A stretch of 64,000 bases of DNA from Candidatus Poribacteria bacterium (GCA_965208635.1 OZ242349.1:3852272-3916271), one strand, 5' to 3'; counted from the first letter of the stretch, positions 27,416 to 37,406 are shown. Notes: generated by a model from the letters alone, not told the origin. Numbers and translations: made by a program.

Positions 27416-28956
27416 GATAAACCCTCCTGAATCAAATCTTTAGCGACAAGTTTCGTCGTCGTCTCTGCTGTCAGCAGAACACCCGGTACGCCTGCTCCGG
27501 GATGTGTGCTTGCGCCGACAAAGTAGAGTTTCTGTATATCTTCACTTCGGTTATGCGGTCGAAAATACGCTGTTTGTGTTAGTTTTGGCTCAACTCCCCA
27601 TGCACTACCCAGATGGTTGTTCCGTTCCCGCCTAAAATCTGACGGCGTAAACGTTTCAAGCACTTCAATTGAACACTTTAGGTCCGTCAGTCCAAAATCA
27701 TTTTCCAAGAACGTTAGCACTTTGTCCGTATATGCCACCTTCGTCTTCTCCCAGTTGACCCCACTCTCCAGATTCGGCACTGGGATCAGGACATACATAC
27801 TCTCGCAGCCTTCCGGTGCCATTGACGGGTCGGTTTGAGACGGAATGTGGAGATACATTGAAAAATCCTTTGGGAGCACTTTATTATCAAAGATGTCATC
27901 TATCAATCCTTTATATCTCTCGGAAAGAATGAGTGTATGGTGCTTCAGTTGCGGATATTTCTTACGGACACCGAGATAGAGCAGGAAGGCACTCATCGAA
28001 TATTGGATCTTTCGGAGTTTCTTGTCAGACCATTTTCTACGATGTTCGGACTTAATAAGTTCACCATAGGTGTGGAACAGATCGGCATTCGAAATAACCC
28101 CGTCTGCTTCATAAAATTTTAACCAAGAACGCGCGCCTTTAACATGTATATCGGAGTCGCGTTCTTGGTTAACGTTCGCTAAAACTCCCTTTGCTTTTCG
28201 ATTTTTAACAACGATTTCTTCAACTTCTGTGTCAGTCTCAACGATGCCACCGAGTCTTTTGAAGACGTTCTCTAATGCCTGAACAAAGTTGTACATACCA
28301 CCTTTACAGAACCAGACCCCTCCAGTTTTTTCAAGATAAGGGATCATCAAGTAGACCGCGGGTGCCCGAAAAGGGTTGCCACCAATAAACAGCGGATGAA
28401 ATGAGAAGGTGAAGCGATGACGCGGATCCTCAAAATACCTCTTAACAAAATCGTAGGCGGGCATCAATGCCTGGAGTCGCAGCGCACGCGGCAGAAAACC
28501 GAGCATCGTCGGCAAATCAAATGCGGTCGCGCCTAACCCGTCTGTGATAACAGCATCGTAAAGTTGACGAGTATGCGCCATGAAATGGTCGTAGTTATCA
28601 GCGTCTGTTGTACTAAACTGAGCCATTTGACGTTTCATCTGTTCGCTATCAGCCGTATAATCGAGAGATGTACCATCATGAAAATAGATGCGATAAAATG
28701 GGTCGAGTTTCACCAAGTCAAGGTAATCTTCCATCCGTACCCCGGCACATTCAAACACGCGTTGAATCAAGTCAGGCGCAGTGATAATCGACGGTCCCAT
28801 GTCGAAGGTATAGCCTTCTTTAACCAGTTGATAAGCATGACCACCAACTTTCGCATTCTTCTCCAGAAGCGTGACTTGCATGCCTCTGGCTTGGAGTCGG
28901 ATCCCTGCTGCGAGTCCGCCAAATCCTGAACCGATGATAACAATTTTCCGCTTCAT
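27412..28956 (-). CDS. crtI: phytoene desaturase (CrtI family)
   Basis: 'KIVIIGSGFGGLAAGIRLQARGMQVTLLEKNAKVGGHAY' FAD fold and a conserved CrtI C-terminus. 4-nt overlaps on both sides. 514 aa. Confidence 0.8.
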   Translation of the reverse strand: MKRKIVIIGSGFGGLAAGIRLQARGMQVTLLEKNAKVGGHAYQLVKEGYTFDMGPSIITAPDLIQRVFECAGVRMEDYLDLVKLDPFYRIYFHDGTSLDYTADSEQMKRQMAQFSTTDADNYDHFMAHTRQLYDAVITDGLGATAFDLPTMLGFLPRALRLQALMPAYDFVKRYFEDPRHRFTFSFHPLFIGGNPFRAPAVYLMIPYLEKTGGVWFCKGGMYNFVQALENVFKRLGGIVETDTEVEEIVVKNRKAKGVLANVNQERDSDIHVKGARSWLKFYEADGVISNADLFHTYGELIKSEHRRKWSDKKLRKIQYSMSAFLLYLGVRKKYPQLKHHTLILSERYKGLIDDIFDNKVLPKDFSMYLHIPSQTDPSMAPEGCESMYVLIPVPNLESGVNWEKTKVAYTDKVLTFLENDFGLTDLKCSIEVLETFTPSDFRRERNNHLGSAWGVEPKLTQTAYFRPHNRSEDIQKLYFVGASTHPGAGVPGVLLTAETTTKLVAKDLIQEGLS

Positions 28957-30449
28957 ACGTCCTTGCTCCTGTCATAATTTTCCGCGATTAATGTCGCCGC
29001 TATTTTTCCAGACAATATTACCAACGGAATTCCGCCTCCCGGATGCACTGAACCCCCCGCGAAGTAAAGCCCGTCAAGGAGACGGCTTCGATTCGGTAGA
29101 CGCTTAAATGCTGTGGCTTTGCTATTCGACGATACACCGTAGATACTCCCTTGGTTACTGGCATAAAGTTCAGAGAAATCCTCTGGTGTGTAAATCTGCT
29201 CTACCTCAATCTGATCTGCGATGTCGAAACCCAGTTGCTTTAATCTATCCAGCACAACCTGCCGCATCCGAGTTTTTTCTTGCTCCCACATCTGTCCGGG
29301 GACCAAATACGGCATGTTCAACAACACGAACCAATTCTCGCCATCAACTGGCGCATCCACCGTATCCGTCTTACTTGTTATGGCAATATAGATAGTCGGT
29401 TCATCTGGTACTTTTCGATGTTTGAAAATCTGCTTGAATTCTGCATTATAGTCGTTGGAGAAAATAATGTTGTGATGTGCTAACGCTGGCTGTTTCGCTC
29501 TAACGCCCCACAGGAATACCATTCCAGACAACGATGGCTCCAAGCGATTGAGTCTTTTTTCTCGAGTCTGATGTCCATCAATCAATTCGTCATGTGCTAC
29601 GACTGCATCCGCACCACAGAGTACGTACTTCGCCCCAACTTTCTCACCATTCACTCGCACCCCACTCACCCGTTTGTCATCATGACAGATTTTTTCGACT
29701 TTCGCCGATGTATGAATCTGAACACCTAACTCACATGCCACCGCTTTCAAAGCATCGATCAAACGGTATATTCCGCCTTTGATATAGTACCCTCCTAATC
29801 CGTATTCAATATACGGAATTATGTTAAGGGTCGCCGGGGCTTGAAATGGATCGGAACCGTTGTAAGTCGCGTAGCGGTCAAAGAGTTGAATGAGCCGCGA
29901 GTCAGAGAAAAAACGTGACACGCTTTGGTGTACCGTCCGAAACGGATCAATTTGATGAAGCCTGAATAACGTCCGAAAGTGCCGATGTCGCATGAGTTTC
30001 CTAAATTCATGGATCGGAGTAAACATAAAGATTTCGGCTGTTAGATTGTGAATACGTTCTGCATATTTCAAGAACCGTTCATACGCCTTCACATCACTCG
30101 GCGATAGCTGGGCAATAGCGGCTTTCATTTTTGTCTTATCCGCACTGGCATCCATCACGGCACCATCAGGGAAGAAGTATCGGCATATCGGGTCAATTGG
30201 CACGAAATCGAGATAATCCGACCTCTTGAATCCAGCGAAATTGAAGAGTTCATCGATGACAGAGGGCATCGTCAGCAATGAGGCACCCGTGTCAAACCGA
30301 TAGTCTGCCAAAACTACCTCGTTTACCTTTCCACCGAGCTGCGGATTCTTCTCAAATAGCTGAACGGAGAATCCTAAGCGTGCAAGGCGAATCGCACCAC
30401 TCAGTGATCCAAGTCCACCACCAATGACTGCTACTGTTTTATTTTCCAT
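28953..30449 (-). CDS. CrtI-family carotenoid desaturase (CrtD-like 3',4'-desaturase candidate)
   Basis: 'MENKTVAVIGGGLGSLSGAIRLARLGFSVQLFEKNPQLGGK'. Start placed at the internal ATG (30449), which is preceded by the repeat-B start context 'caggaacaattaaaaaATG'. The ORF track extends to 30575. Confidence 0.65.
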   Translation of the reverse strand: MENKTVAVIGGGLGSLSGAIRLARLGFSVQLFEKNPQLGGKVNEVVLADYRFDTGASLLTMPSVIDELFNFAGFKRSDYLDFVPIDPICRYFFPDGAVMDASADKTKMKAAIAQLSPSDVKAYERFLKYAERIHNLTAEIFMFTPIHEFRKLMRHRHFRTLFRLHQIDPFRTVHQSVSRFFSDSRLIQLFDRYATYNGSDPFQAPATLNIIPYIEYGLGGYYIKGGIYRLIDALKAVACELGVQIHTSAKVEKICHDDKRVSGVRVNGEKVGAKYVLCGADAVVAHDELIDGHQTREKRLNRLEPSLSGMVFLWGVRAKQPALAHHNIIFSNDYNAEFKQIFKHRKVPDEPTIYIAITSKTDTVDAPVDGENWFVLLNMPYLVPGQMWEQEKTRMRQVVLDRLKQLGFDIADQIEVEQIYTPEDFSELYASNQGSIYGVSSNSKATAFKRLPNRSRLLDGLYFAGGSVHPGGGIPLVILSGKIAATLIAENYDRSKDV

Positions 30450-30545
30450 ATTTTTAATTGTTCCTGAAGACTCGCGCAATTCCTTACAGGCTACGCGCTT
30501 TAGTTTACCCAAGACAGCAGCCTGCAACATCGGCGCAGGGTTTTT
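30450..30545 (-). repeat. repeat family B copy (minus orientation) supplying the crtD-like start context
   Basis: 'cagcctgcaacatcggcgcagggtttttgcaatgtaat...' is followed on the minus strand by 'ggaacaattaaaaaATG'. 'ggctacgcgctt' is the inverse of 24620-24631. Confidence 0.6.
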
Positions 30546-30684
30546 GCAATGTAATACATTGTCCCGCAAGTCCACACGTTGTCCTCGGATGCCACACGCG
30601 CATCCGTTCTGGTGCTACGGATTTCGTCTATCCCCAGACGAAATCCGGTGTTTCTTCAAGATTTGAGAAACGCACGCAACAGTT

Positions 30685-31377
30685 CTAACGCCCGTTGTTT
30701 CTCCGCAAGGTAAAATTAAAAACTTTTTCGTAGAACATTGCGTTAAAGAGCATCAATGTAAATCCGTATCCGAAATCCTCAATGGGAATTGTCAAAATTC
30801 GGTAACCCATCTGATGCGCCTCACCATATAAAACCACAGGTCGCGCCGTGAGATAACTGTTGAATATCAGAATTAAACCAAAAACAATTCCAATATAGAT
30901 ATAGGTCTTCAGTTGCATAAGCAACTCGGTCCGTAGCAACGTGTCTGTCAGTCCAACAAGCCCAACACAAATCAGAACCAATCCTGTGTACTGCTTACCC
31001 GTGCTGAAAACCCATACACCGATCGGCAGTGCTACGTATAAAACTGTTCTGACATGCCGAAGAGGTCTCAATCGTGTTGATAGTTTCGCATCCGACAATG
31101 TTTCCCATACCAACAGACATCCATAAGGGGCAGTGATGAAAAAGAACCATTCTCCAATCGGCAAACCGAGCAATCGGAAGTCAAGCGTATACGTCTCGTT
31201 GAACCACCAATGTGAACCAGTGACAAGGATGTCCCATATAATATACGGGATCATGACGAACACCGTCGTGAGCAATTTCAATCGCCAATGTGATATATGC
31301 CTAATTTGCTGGTTGAATTGCGATACTACCGGTCCAACGACCACAATGAGATTAAACAAGAGGTATTCAAATTGCAT
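30685..31377 (-). CDS. lycopene cyclase, fused CrtYc/CrtYd-domain type
   Basis: Two halves each with a PxE(E/D)xxF motif ('LPIGEWFFF', 'IPIEDFGYGF'). 7 TM helices. 230 aa. Confidence 0.65.
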   Translation of the reverse strand: MQFEYLLFNLIVVVGPVVSQFNQQIRHISHWRLKLLTTVFVMIPYIIWDILVTGSHWWFNETYTLDFRLLGLPIGEWFFFITAPYGCLLVWETLSDAKLSTRLRPLRHVRTVLYVALPIGVWVFSTGKQYTGLVLICVGLVGLTDTLLRTELLMQLKTYIYIGIVFGLILIFNSYLTARPVVLYGEAHQMGYRILTIPIEDFGYGFTLMLFNAMFYEKVFNFTLRRNNGR

Positions 31378-31394
31378 TGATGTGCGACTCGGTG

Positions 31395-31970
31395 CTACGG
31401 TTGTAATCTGTCTTTCAACGTTTGGAGGTATACTTTCTCGTCATCCGTCAATTTTGCATTTTCAAGTAAGAACGCAACGACCTGTGTCATTAACTTCGGG
31501 TTATAGGTATCCATCTGCTGTGGCATCAATTTGATAATTTCCCTGAAATCGCGCTGAGCGTCATCACCACGTCTGAAAAAGAATGGAAGATAGTAGCAGG
31601 TCGTACCGTGGATGAAAAGAGCTTCAATATCGTTTGAACTTTTCTCTAAGCCGCTATCCATGATTGCTAAACCGCGCTGCGCCCACTTGAGTTTGGTGTG
31701 TGGAAGAAATGCGTGTTTGCCTCTCAGCGCAATAAGTGAACCAATATAGACCTGCGTCCGCCCAGTGTACTTCGGTTCCATTTGTCTAATTCGTTTAAGC
31801 AACGCAATTGTCGGTTCAATCCGTTTCTCGTCTTTGATCGCGGCATAGAATTGCTTTCGAGCAACTTCCAGCATTTCTTCTACCGATTTCTCGGACGTAG
31901 CACCGTCAACTCGCAACGAGAAAATCAATGCTAATATCAAACTTATATATACACATCGGTTAGGTTTCAT
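31395..31970 (-). CDS. hypothetical secreted alpha-helical protein
   Basis: Signal peptide 'MKPNRCVYISLILALIFSL' with a likely start at 31970. No known motif. Lies inside the crt operon. Confidence 0.45.
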   Translation of the reverse strand: MKPNRCVYISLILALIFSLRVDGATSEKSVEEMLEVARKQFYAAIKDEKRIEPTIALLKRIRQMEPKYTGRTQVYIGSLIALRGKHAFLPHTKLKWAQRGLAIMDSGLEKSSNDIEALFIHGTTCYYLPFFFRRGDDAQRDFREIIKLMPQQMDTYNPKLMTQVVAFLLENAKLTDDEKVYLQTLKDRLQP

Positions 31971-32535
31971 CGCAAAAACTGATTTTTTGGGAGTGTTCAA
32001 CAACGCGATCTAACGCCAGTTTGAACCAGTGTGTGTAATTTTTCGGGTTCTCCCGAACATCCTGCTTCAACACCTGTATGTCCATCCACTTCCAATCATC
32101 AACTTCGTCCGGATTCGGAATAGGTTGACCACTATAGTGTCCAACAAAGACATAGTCGAGCTCGTGCTCAAATAAGCTATTGTCGAGTTGGATGTGGTAA
32201 ATAAAACTGAAAATCTCCTTAAGGTCACAATCGAAACCCATTTCCTCATGGAGGCGTCGCCGCGCCGCGTGATGATGATTTTCACCAGGTCGTGGGTGAC
32301 TACAACAGGTATTCGTCCACAATCCGCCGGAGTGATACTTCGTTTGTGCCCGTCTCTGAAGCAGCAATTCGCCTACAGCGTTAAAGACAAAGACCGAAAA
32401 GGCACTGTGTAATTTACCATCACGATGTGCTTGTATCTTTTCTTGAACGCCGATTTCTTTTCCCGTGTGATCGACGAGTATTACATGCTCTTGCATCGCT
32501 TTATATTTTTTCCTTTTCCTCGGTTGTGCTTTCAT
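31960..32535 (-). CDS. idi: isopentenyl-diphosphate delta-isomerase, type 1 (Nudix)
   Basis: 'HSAFSVFVFN..GELLLQRRAQTKYHSGGLWTNTCCSHP' and 'HEEMGF' are IDI-1 signatures. 191 aa. Confidence 0.8.
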   Translation of the reverse strand: MKAQPRKRKKYKAMQEHVILVDHTGKEIGVQEKIQAHRDGKLHSAFSVFVFNAVGELLLQRRAQTKYHSGGLWTNTCCSHPRPGENHHHAARRRLHEEMGFDCDLKEIFSFIYHIQLDNSLFEHELDYVFVGHYSGQPIPNPDEVDDWKWMDIQVLKQDVRENPKNYTHWFKLALDRVVEHSQKISFCDET

Positions 32536-33006
32536 ACCGATCTGCTGTCTAATCGCGATCGGTATGATTTTCCAGTTTAAATTGGGGACTGAATCACTAT
32601 GTATAATATTATTACATATTGTCTATATTATGTCAACAATAATTTAGACAATATCATAATTATTCGTATTTTGTATAGAAATTGTGTGGCGAAATAGAAT
32701 CGGATCGTTCAATCAAAATTCACTATAAAGTGGCGATTCTAAACGAGATTGAGATATTCTCTTTGTTAGGTTCTGAAACTTAGACAGATATAATTTATTG
32801 ACAAATAATAGACATAATGTTATATTAAATCGTAAGATTTAGATGTAAAACGTAAACGTTGACGATATGGTTTACAATTGCTAAATGAACCCGTGTGGTG
32901 ATATTATAATTCGACTGGAATTAGATTTTAATATACTGCTCATGATGTTAACTCAGCAACACCGATGAAACATTAAGCTCCAATAGGAAAATAAAAGAGG
33001 GAAAGG
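32536..33006. promoter_or_regulatory. 470-bp AT-rich bidirectional control region between the crt operon and the carH-like gene
   Basis: Sharp AT spike with direct repeats of 'ttgacaa-ataat-agaca(a)ta' type at about 32620-32660 and 32790-32830. Candidate CarH operator or promoters. Confidence 0.5.
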
Positions 33007-33978
33007 TTGATGGCGGATGAATATAAACACGGTATTAAAACCGTTGCCAGTCAGACAGGATTAACACAATTTATCATTCGGGCGTGGGAGAAACGGTACG
33101 ATGTGGTCACACCGCGGCGAACCGAAACGAATCGCCGCCTCTATTCCGATGCGGATATACTGCGTCTCACGTTGCTTCGTTTGGCGACTGAGGCGGGGCA
33201 TAACATTGGACGAATAGCAAAGTTGCCGAGTGAAGAACTTCTGGAGCTCATTGGAACAGGTGGGACAGTCGCACAGTTGCCTCGGATCGCGAAAGAGGTC
33301 GTCCCACAAGAAACATCGCTTCGTTTTTACATCGCTTCGTGCATCGCAGCGGTTAAGCAGTTTGAAGCACAAGCACTTGAGTCGACACTCTTCGCGGCAT
33401 CAGTCGCCTTTAGCCAGCCTATTTTCCTGGAAAAGTTGATTACACCGTTGATGCAGGAAGTTGGTGAACAGTGGAAGGCAGGAACTTTGCGGATTGCCCA
33501 CGAACATCTTACCGCGGCGGTTGTCCGGACACTGTTGGGAAATATTTGCCAAGGATCTGATATATCCACCTCAATGCCAAACTTAGTGGTCGCTACACCT
33601 CGGGGGCAGCTCCACGAAATCGGCGCATTGATTGCAGGAACGACTGCAGCCTCGCAAGGATGGCAAGTCACCTATCTCGGTCCCAATCTGCCAGCTGAAG
33701 AAATTGTAGGATGTGCAGTGCAAAATGGGGCAAAAGCAATTGGGTTGAGTATCGTTTATCCCACAGATGATCCACACTTGGTAAATGAATTGCGCAAACT
33801 TCGACGTGGAATCCAAGAGGGTGTTGCACTGTTTGTTGGAGGGAGCGGGGCAAGTGCTTATGATCCTGTCATTAGTGCTATCGGGGCAGTGAGAATCAAT
33901 GATATGTCGACTTTTCGGACCGAACTCGAAGCCTTGCGTGTGCAACAGAACGCCTCAGAAACGTCGGAGGAATCGTAG
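33007..33978 (+). CDS. MerR-family transcriptional regulator with C-terminal cobalamin-binding domain (CarH/LitR-like photoreceptor)
   Basis: N-terminal MerR HTH 'IRAWEKRYDVVTPRRTETNRRLYSDADILRL'. B12-binding signature 'GQLHEIGALI' (ExHxxG), 'SxL' and 'FVGGSGA'. 323 aa. Confidence 0.75.
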   Translation: MMADEYKHGIKTVASQTGLTQFIIRAWEKRYDVVTPRRTETNRRLYSDADILRLTLLRLATEAGHNIGRIAKLPSEELLELIGTGGTVAQLPRIAKEVVPQETSLRFYIASCIAAVKQFEAQALESTLFAASVAFSQPIFLEKLITPLMQEVGEQWKAGTLRIAHEHLTAAVVRTLLGNICQGSDISTSMPNLVVATPRGQLHEIGALIAGTTAASQGWQVTYLGPNLPAEEIVGCAVQNGAKAIGLSIVYPTDDPHLVNELRKLRRGIQEGVALFVGGSGASAYDPVISAIGAVRINDMSTFRTELEALRVQQNASETSEES

Positions 33979-34092
33979 CGGAGAGACTACCTTGGTTCAA
34001 ATTGCCAGTTCTCGATCATCGAACAAGAGTTGTGTGGTAACAGAAACGACTTCGTTACGCTCGCGTCTTTAACCAATAACTGATAACCGAAA

Positions 34093-34109
34093 GGATTTCG
34101 CAGAAATCC
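34093..34109. terminator. small hairpin ggatttc-gca-gaaatcc in a family-C repeat between convergent genes
   Basis: 7-bp stem located between the carH-like stop (33978) and the GH29-like stop (34135). Confidence 0.3.
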
Positions 34110-34134
34110 ATACCGAGAACCATTCTGCCAATGA

Positions 34135-36066
34135 CTATTCCCCTCGAATCGCTTGTCGTAAGGTTCTCATCTGCTCAAGTGTTGCAGGTGAGACTTTTCC
34201 ATCCTGAGTAATCCCCATGTTCATTGTAATTACCAACTTCTGGGCAATACAGATCTGCACATAATCAATAAGCCGCTGAGTGGCAAATATGGGTGGCGCA
34301 ATATCGGTCTCTGGATATCCATGCTGCCAAGGATCGTCAAGAAAGATCATACCGTGTGGTTGTAATCCACTTGCGCTGCCATCTGCGGCAAAGAAACTTG
34401 CTGGTGGATTTACGAGAGCACCGCCAAACTCACCACCGTAGTACTCTTGAAATTCAGTCGTTTTAGGGAGAATCCAACTGTTCCAAGCGACAATACGGTC
34501 AGGATTCCCAGCTTTGGTCGCTTCATACAATTCTTCAAACGGTTGGAGCGGATACCGATCATCAAACCAGTATCCCGCAACCTTTTTGCCGTATCGGTGT
34601 CCCATCTCGGTAAGAATATCGCGTTCAATTCTGAAAAATTCCGACTTGTCTGGACTTAAAAACCCAGTGGCTTTCATCCACTCTGTATCTCCAACGCCAT
34701 GATGGAAATACAGAATAAGGGGTATATCATGTTTTTGCAGCGCGTCAGCCATCTCTCCAATTAGATCGCGTTCGCAAATACGTTCCGGTATAACCGCTTT
34801 GATCGATTTCAGCGGAGCAGGAAAATGCATAATTCCGTGGACAGCAGTGAAAATGACGTAGCCCGCCCCAGTTTCACGCACCATATCGGCGAAAGTATCG
34901 ATATCAAAAGCGTTCACCGCTTCTGGATAGGATTTTTGTGGACCCCGTAGCGGCTGTGTCGTTGTTGACCAGTGGAACATCACGCCATATTTCGCCTCGA
35001 CGAACCAATCGGTACTCGCTCGTATCTTTTGAGCCTTTTTCCTTGAAGCAATCGTTGCCTTTGCCGCGGTGGGTGAAATCAGTTCAAGCGAATGGACTTT
35101 TACGTTTTCTGTAGAGTTTGCCTCTCCGATGAGACGCAGCGTAATTGGACTTTCACCTTCGGGAACGTGCAATGTCTCCTGAAGCGGTACCCGTTCAAAA
35201 TTCTGCGAATCCCCTGCCCATCCTGTCGTTTGGCGGACTGTCCAAGTAATTTTGCCTTGTCCTGTGGTAATCTCGAACGTTGAACCTATTGCATCAGCAT
35301 CAGCAGTGTAGGTTAGCGCAATTTCATAATCAGAAGGCACCCGGAGTTTCACCTTCCATGAAAGTGAAGCGGATGGTTTGTTCCAACCCTCAATCCAGTC
35401 CTGTGCCTGCAAATGGGCAAGACCGCCATCTGTCTTGGCGCTGTCCCCAAAAAGATAAATAACCGACGAAGGATCTGCTTCAACCAACTGCGGTTTCTTA
35501 AGCGTAGCGGGATCCCCGTCAATATCAAGAACGACGATGTCGTCAACACCGTTTTGGTATTCCTCCGGGACCACGATCAAAAGTCCCCATGGATGCTGTC
35601 TCACAATGCCCCACGAAGCACCATCTGCTGTAGGATGTTCCAGAATCCACGCGTTCTTCACCACCCGATCGGTGATGGCTGGAAGGGTGATATTGTTCTT
35701 TCCCTCCCAAGAAAGCACATGAACGTAGACTCTGCCATCCTTGTAGGTTGTGACGTATTGGTCGGTAGGTTTAAAGGGACCGCCGCGAGTGTCGATAATC
35801 GATTCCCCGTTCTCCTTAATCCACTCTTGAATCATTTCGTTCGCTCCAGTGAATCTCGATGTTTTTTGGCTATTCGACAATGGATTGACATTGATCTCTG
35901 AGTCGCTGCCCACTGCACGCACCATATCTACAATCAACGCTTTGGAGGTTCCTTGATTATGCATAATTTCCTCTTGTGTGTGGGCAATAAAGACCAAGCA
36001 GCTGAGCGCAAGTAAAATTGCAAAAAACGAACTTAGCATGAAACTTGCCTGATTTTCCCAAACCAC
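34135..36066 (-). CDS. secreted multi-domain glycosidase, C-terminal GH29 alpha-L-fucosidase-like domain
   Basis: Signal peptide. 'AKYGVMFHWSTT...AGYVIFTAVHGIMHFP...YWFDD' resembles the GH29 catalytic core. 643 aa. Confidence 0.45.
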   Translation of the reverse strand: MVWENQASFMLSSFFAILLALSCLVFIAHTQEEIMHNQGTSKALIVDMVRAVGSDSEINVNPLSNSQKTSRFTGANEMIQEWIKENGESIIDTRGGPFKPTDQYVTTYKDGRVYVHVLSWEGKNNITLPAITDRVVKNAWILEHPTADGASWGIVRQHPWGLLIVVPEEYQNGVDDIVVLDIDGDPATLKKPQLVEADPSSVIYLFGDSAKTDGGLAHLQAQDWIEGWNKPSASLSWKVKLRVPSDYEIALTYTADADAIGSTFEITTGQGKITWTVRQTTGWAGDSQNFERVPLQETLHVPEGESPITLRLIGEANSTENVKVHSLELISPTAAKATIASRKKAQKIRASTDWFVEAKYGVMFHWSTTTQPLRGPQKSYPEAVNAFDIDTFADMVRETGAGYVIFTAVHGIMHFPAPLKSIKAVIPERICERDLIGEMADALQKHDIPLILYFHHGVGDTEWMKATGFLSPDKSEFFRIERDILTEMGHRYGKKVAGYWFDDRYPLQPFEELYEATKAGNPDRIVAWNSWILPKTTEFQEYYGGEFGGALVNPPASFFAADGSASGLQPHGMIFLDDPWQHGYPETDIAPPIFATQRLIDYVQICIAQKLVITMNMGITQDGKVSPATLEQMRTLRQAIRGE

Positions 36067-36120
36067 TGCGATGAATATCCTTTATCGTGGATGCGTGTTT
36101 TCCAACGGACGTTTTTCGTT

Positions 36121-37173
36121 TCATTGAATCAGATCTGCCACACACCGAAAGCCGATCCAGACGGTATTGTCGGGCACCGATTTTTTCAAAGTTGGTTTCA
36201 CTTGTGGTTTCTGTTCCTGATTTTGTTTTTTCTTCTCTATAGGGATGTTCTTATCCAAAACAGGTTTCTTCAAGCCTGAATATTCGACTGACTGCGGGAA
36301 CCCAGTCGCTGTAGGAGAGAGTTTTAGACGGCGGGACAGTCGTAGGTGCTGAAGATAACTTGACCATCCACTGCCTCTTAATACTCGTTCAGTTCCCGTT
36401 TCTGGACCCTTTGGATTGTCCGGAGCAGAATCTGCATAATAACTGTCACTATACCAATCCGCACACCATTCCCAAACGTTCCCCGTCATATCATATAATC
36501 CGTAGCCGTTAGCGTTATAACTCCCGACCGGTGCTGTATATAAATAACCGTCATCAGCCTGTTCTCCGCCAACGGAACCGGTAAAATTGCAGTCTGTTCC
36601 TTCGGGGGGCTGATTTCCCCAAACGTACCGTTTCCCCACTAACCCGCCTCGTGCTGCGTACTCCCATTCGGCTTCGGTGGGTAGCCGTTTTCCCGCCCAC
36701 TGGGCATAGGCTTCGGCATCGTTAAACGTGATACCTACTACGGGGTGATTGTCGGTGGGTGTGGTGAAATCGACCAACTGCTGCACGCCTTTTTGTGCGA
36801 GTACAATCGCCTTTTCTGCTATCCAATTAGGTGTTTGCTCCGGTAAAGTTCCGTGGACTGTCTCTTTTAGAAAACGTTTATATTGTCCAATTGTCACTTC
36901 ATATCGATCCATATAAAAAGCGTCTAACTCTACTTGGTGGACAGGGAGTTCATCTGCCGTGCCTTCATCGAAATGGTCCCCCATTTCAAAAGAACCTGCA
37001 GGGAGCAAAACCATCGAGGCACCATCCTTCTCCGAAATAATCACGCGAAACGGCATCCCATCAACGACTTCGGTTTGGTTTATCTCAGGTTGTTCTTCAA
37101 CCGTCTCATCTTCACCACAACCCGCTAAGACAATCCCGATCAATAGACTGTATATTAATTTTCTCATAACCAA
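36121..37173 (-). CDS. formylglycine-generating-enzyme (FGE/SUMF1) domain lipoprotein
   Basis: Lipobox 'LAGCG', 'RVLRGSGWSS', 'WEWCADWY'. 350 aa. Confidence 0.7.
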   Translation of the reverse strand: MVMRKLIYSLLIGIVLAGCGEDETVEEQPEINQTEVVDGMPFRVIISEKDGASMVLLPAGSFEMGDHFDEGTADELPVHQVELDAFYMDRYEVTIGQYKRFLKETVHGTLPEQTPNWIAEKAIVLAQKGVQQLVDFTTPTDNHPVVGITFNDAEAYAQWAGKRLPTEAEWEYAARGGLVGKRYVWGNQPPEGTDCNFTGSVGGEQADDGYLYTAPVGSYNANGYGLYDMTGNVWEWCADWYSDSYYADSAPDNPKGPETGTERVLRGSGWSSYLQHLRLSRRLKLSPTATGFPQSVEYSGLKKPVLDKNIPIEKKKQNQEQKPQVKPTLKKSVPDNTVWIGFRCVADLIQ

Positions 37174-37296
37174 TTTTCATCTCCTGAGGTAGATCGAAGC
37201 ACCTAAACCGATAAAGATAAGGATAAATGCAGCAAGGTTCCAATAGATTCTATTATGTTTGCTCATCGGTTTCTTCTTCAGGTTGATGATTATTTA

Positions 37297-37406
37297 GGGC
37301 TTACGCAATATTCATAGAAATCGCGCGGTTATCAACCCATGATGGGATGTAATTGCGTCGTGAACTTGACTCACGAAGAAATTGTATGGGACTTACGCAA
37401 GATTCA
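37297..37406. promoter_or_regulatory. two direct repeats GGG(C/A)CTTACGCAA(T/G)ATTCAT spaced 90 bp apart, upstream of the FGE gene
   Basis: 19-20-nt near-identical repeats at 37297-37315 and 37387-37406. Confidence 0.35.

Noticed and set aside
35413-35901. 162-aa plus-strand ORF inside the GH29-like gene
   Set aside because: Antisense shadow ORF.
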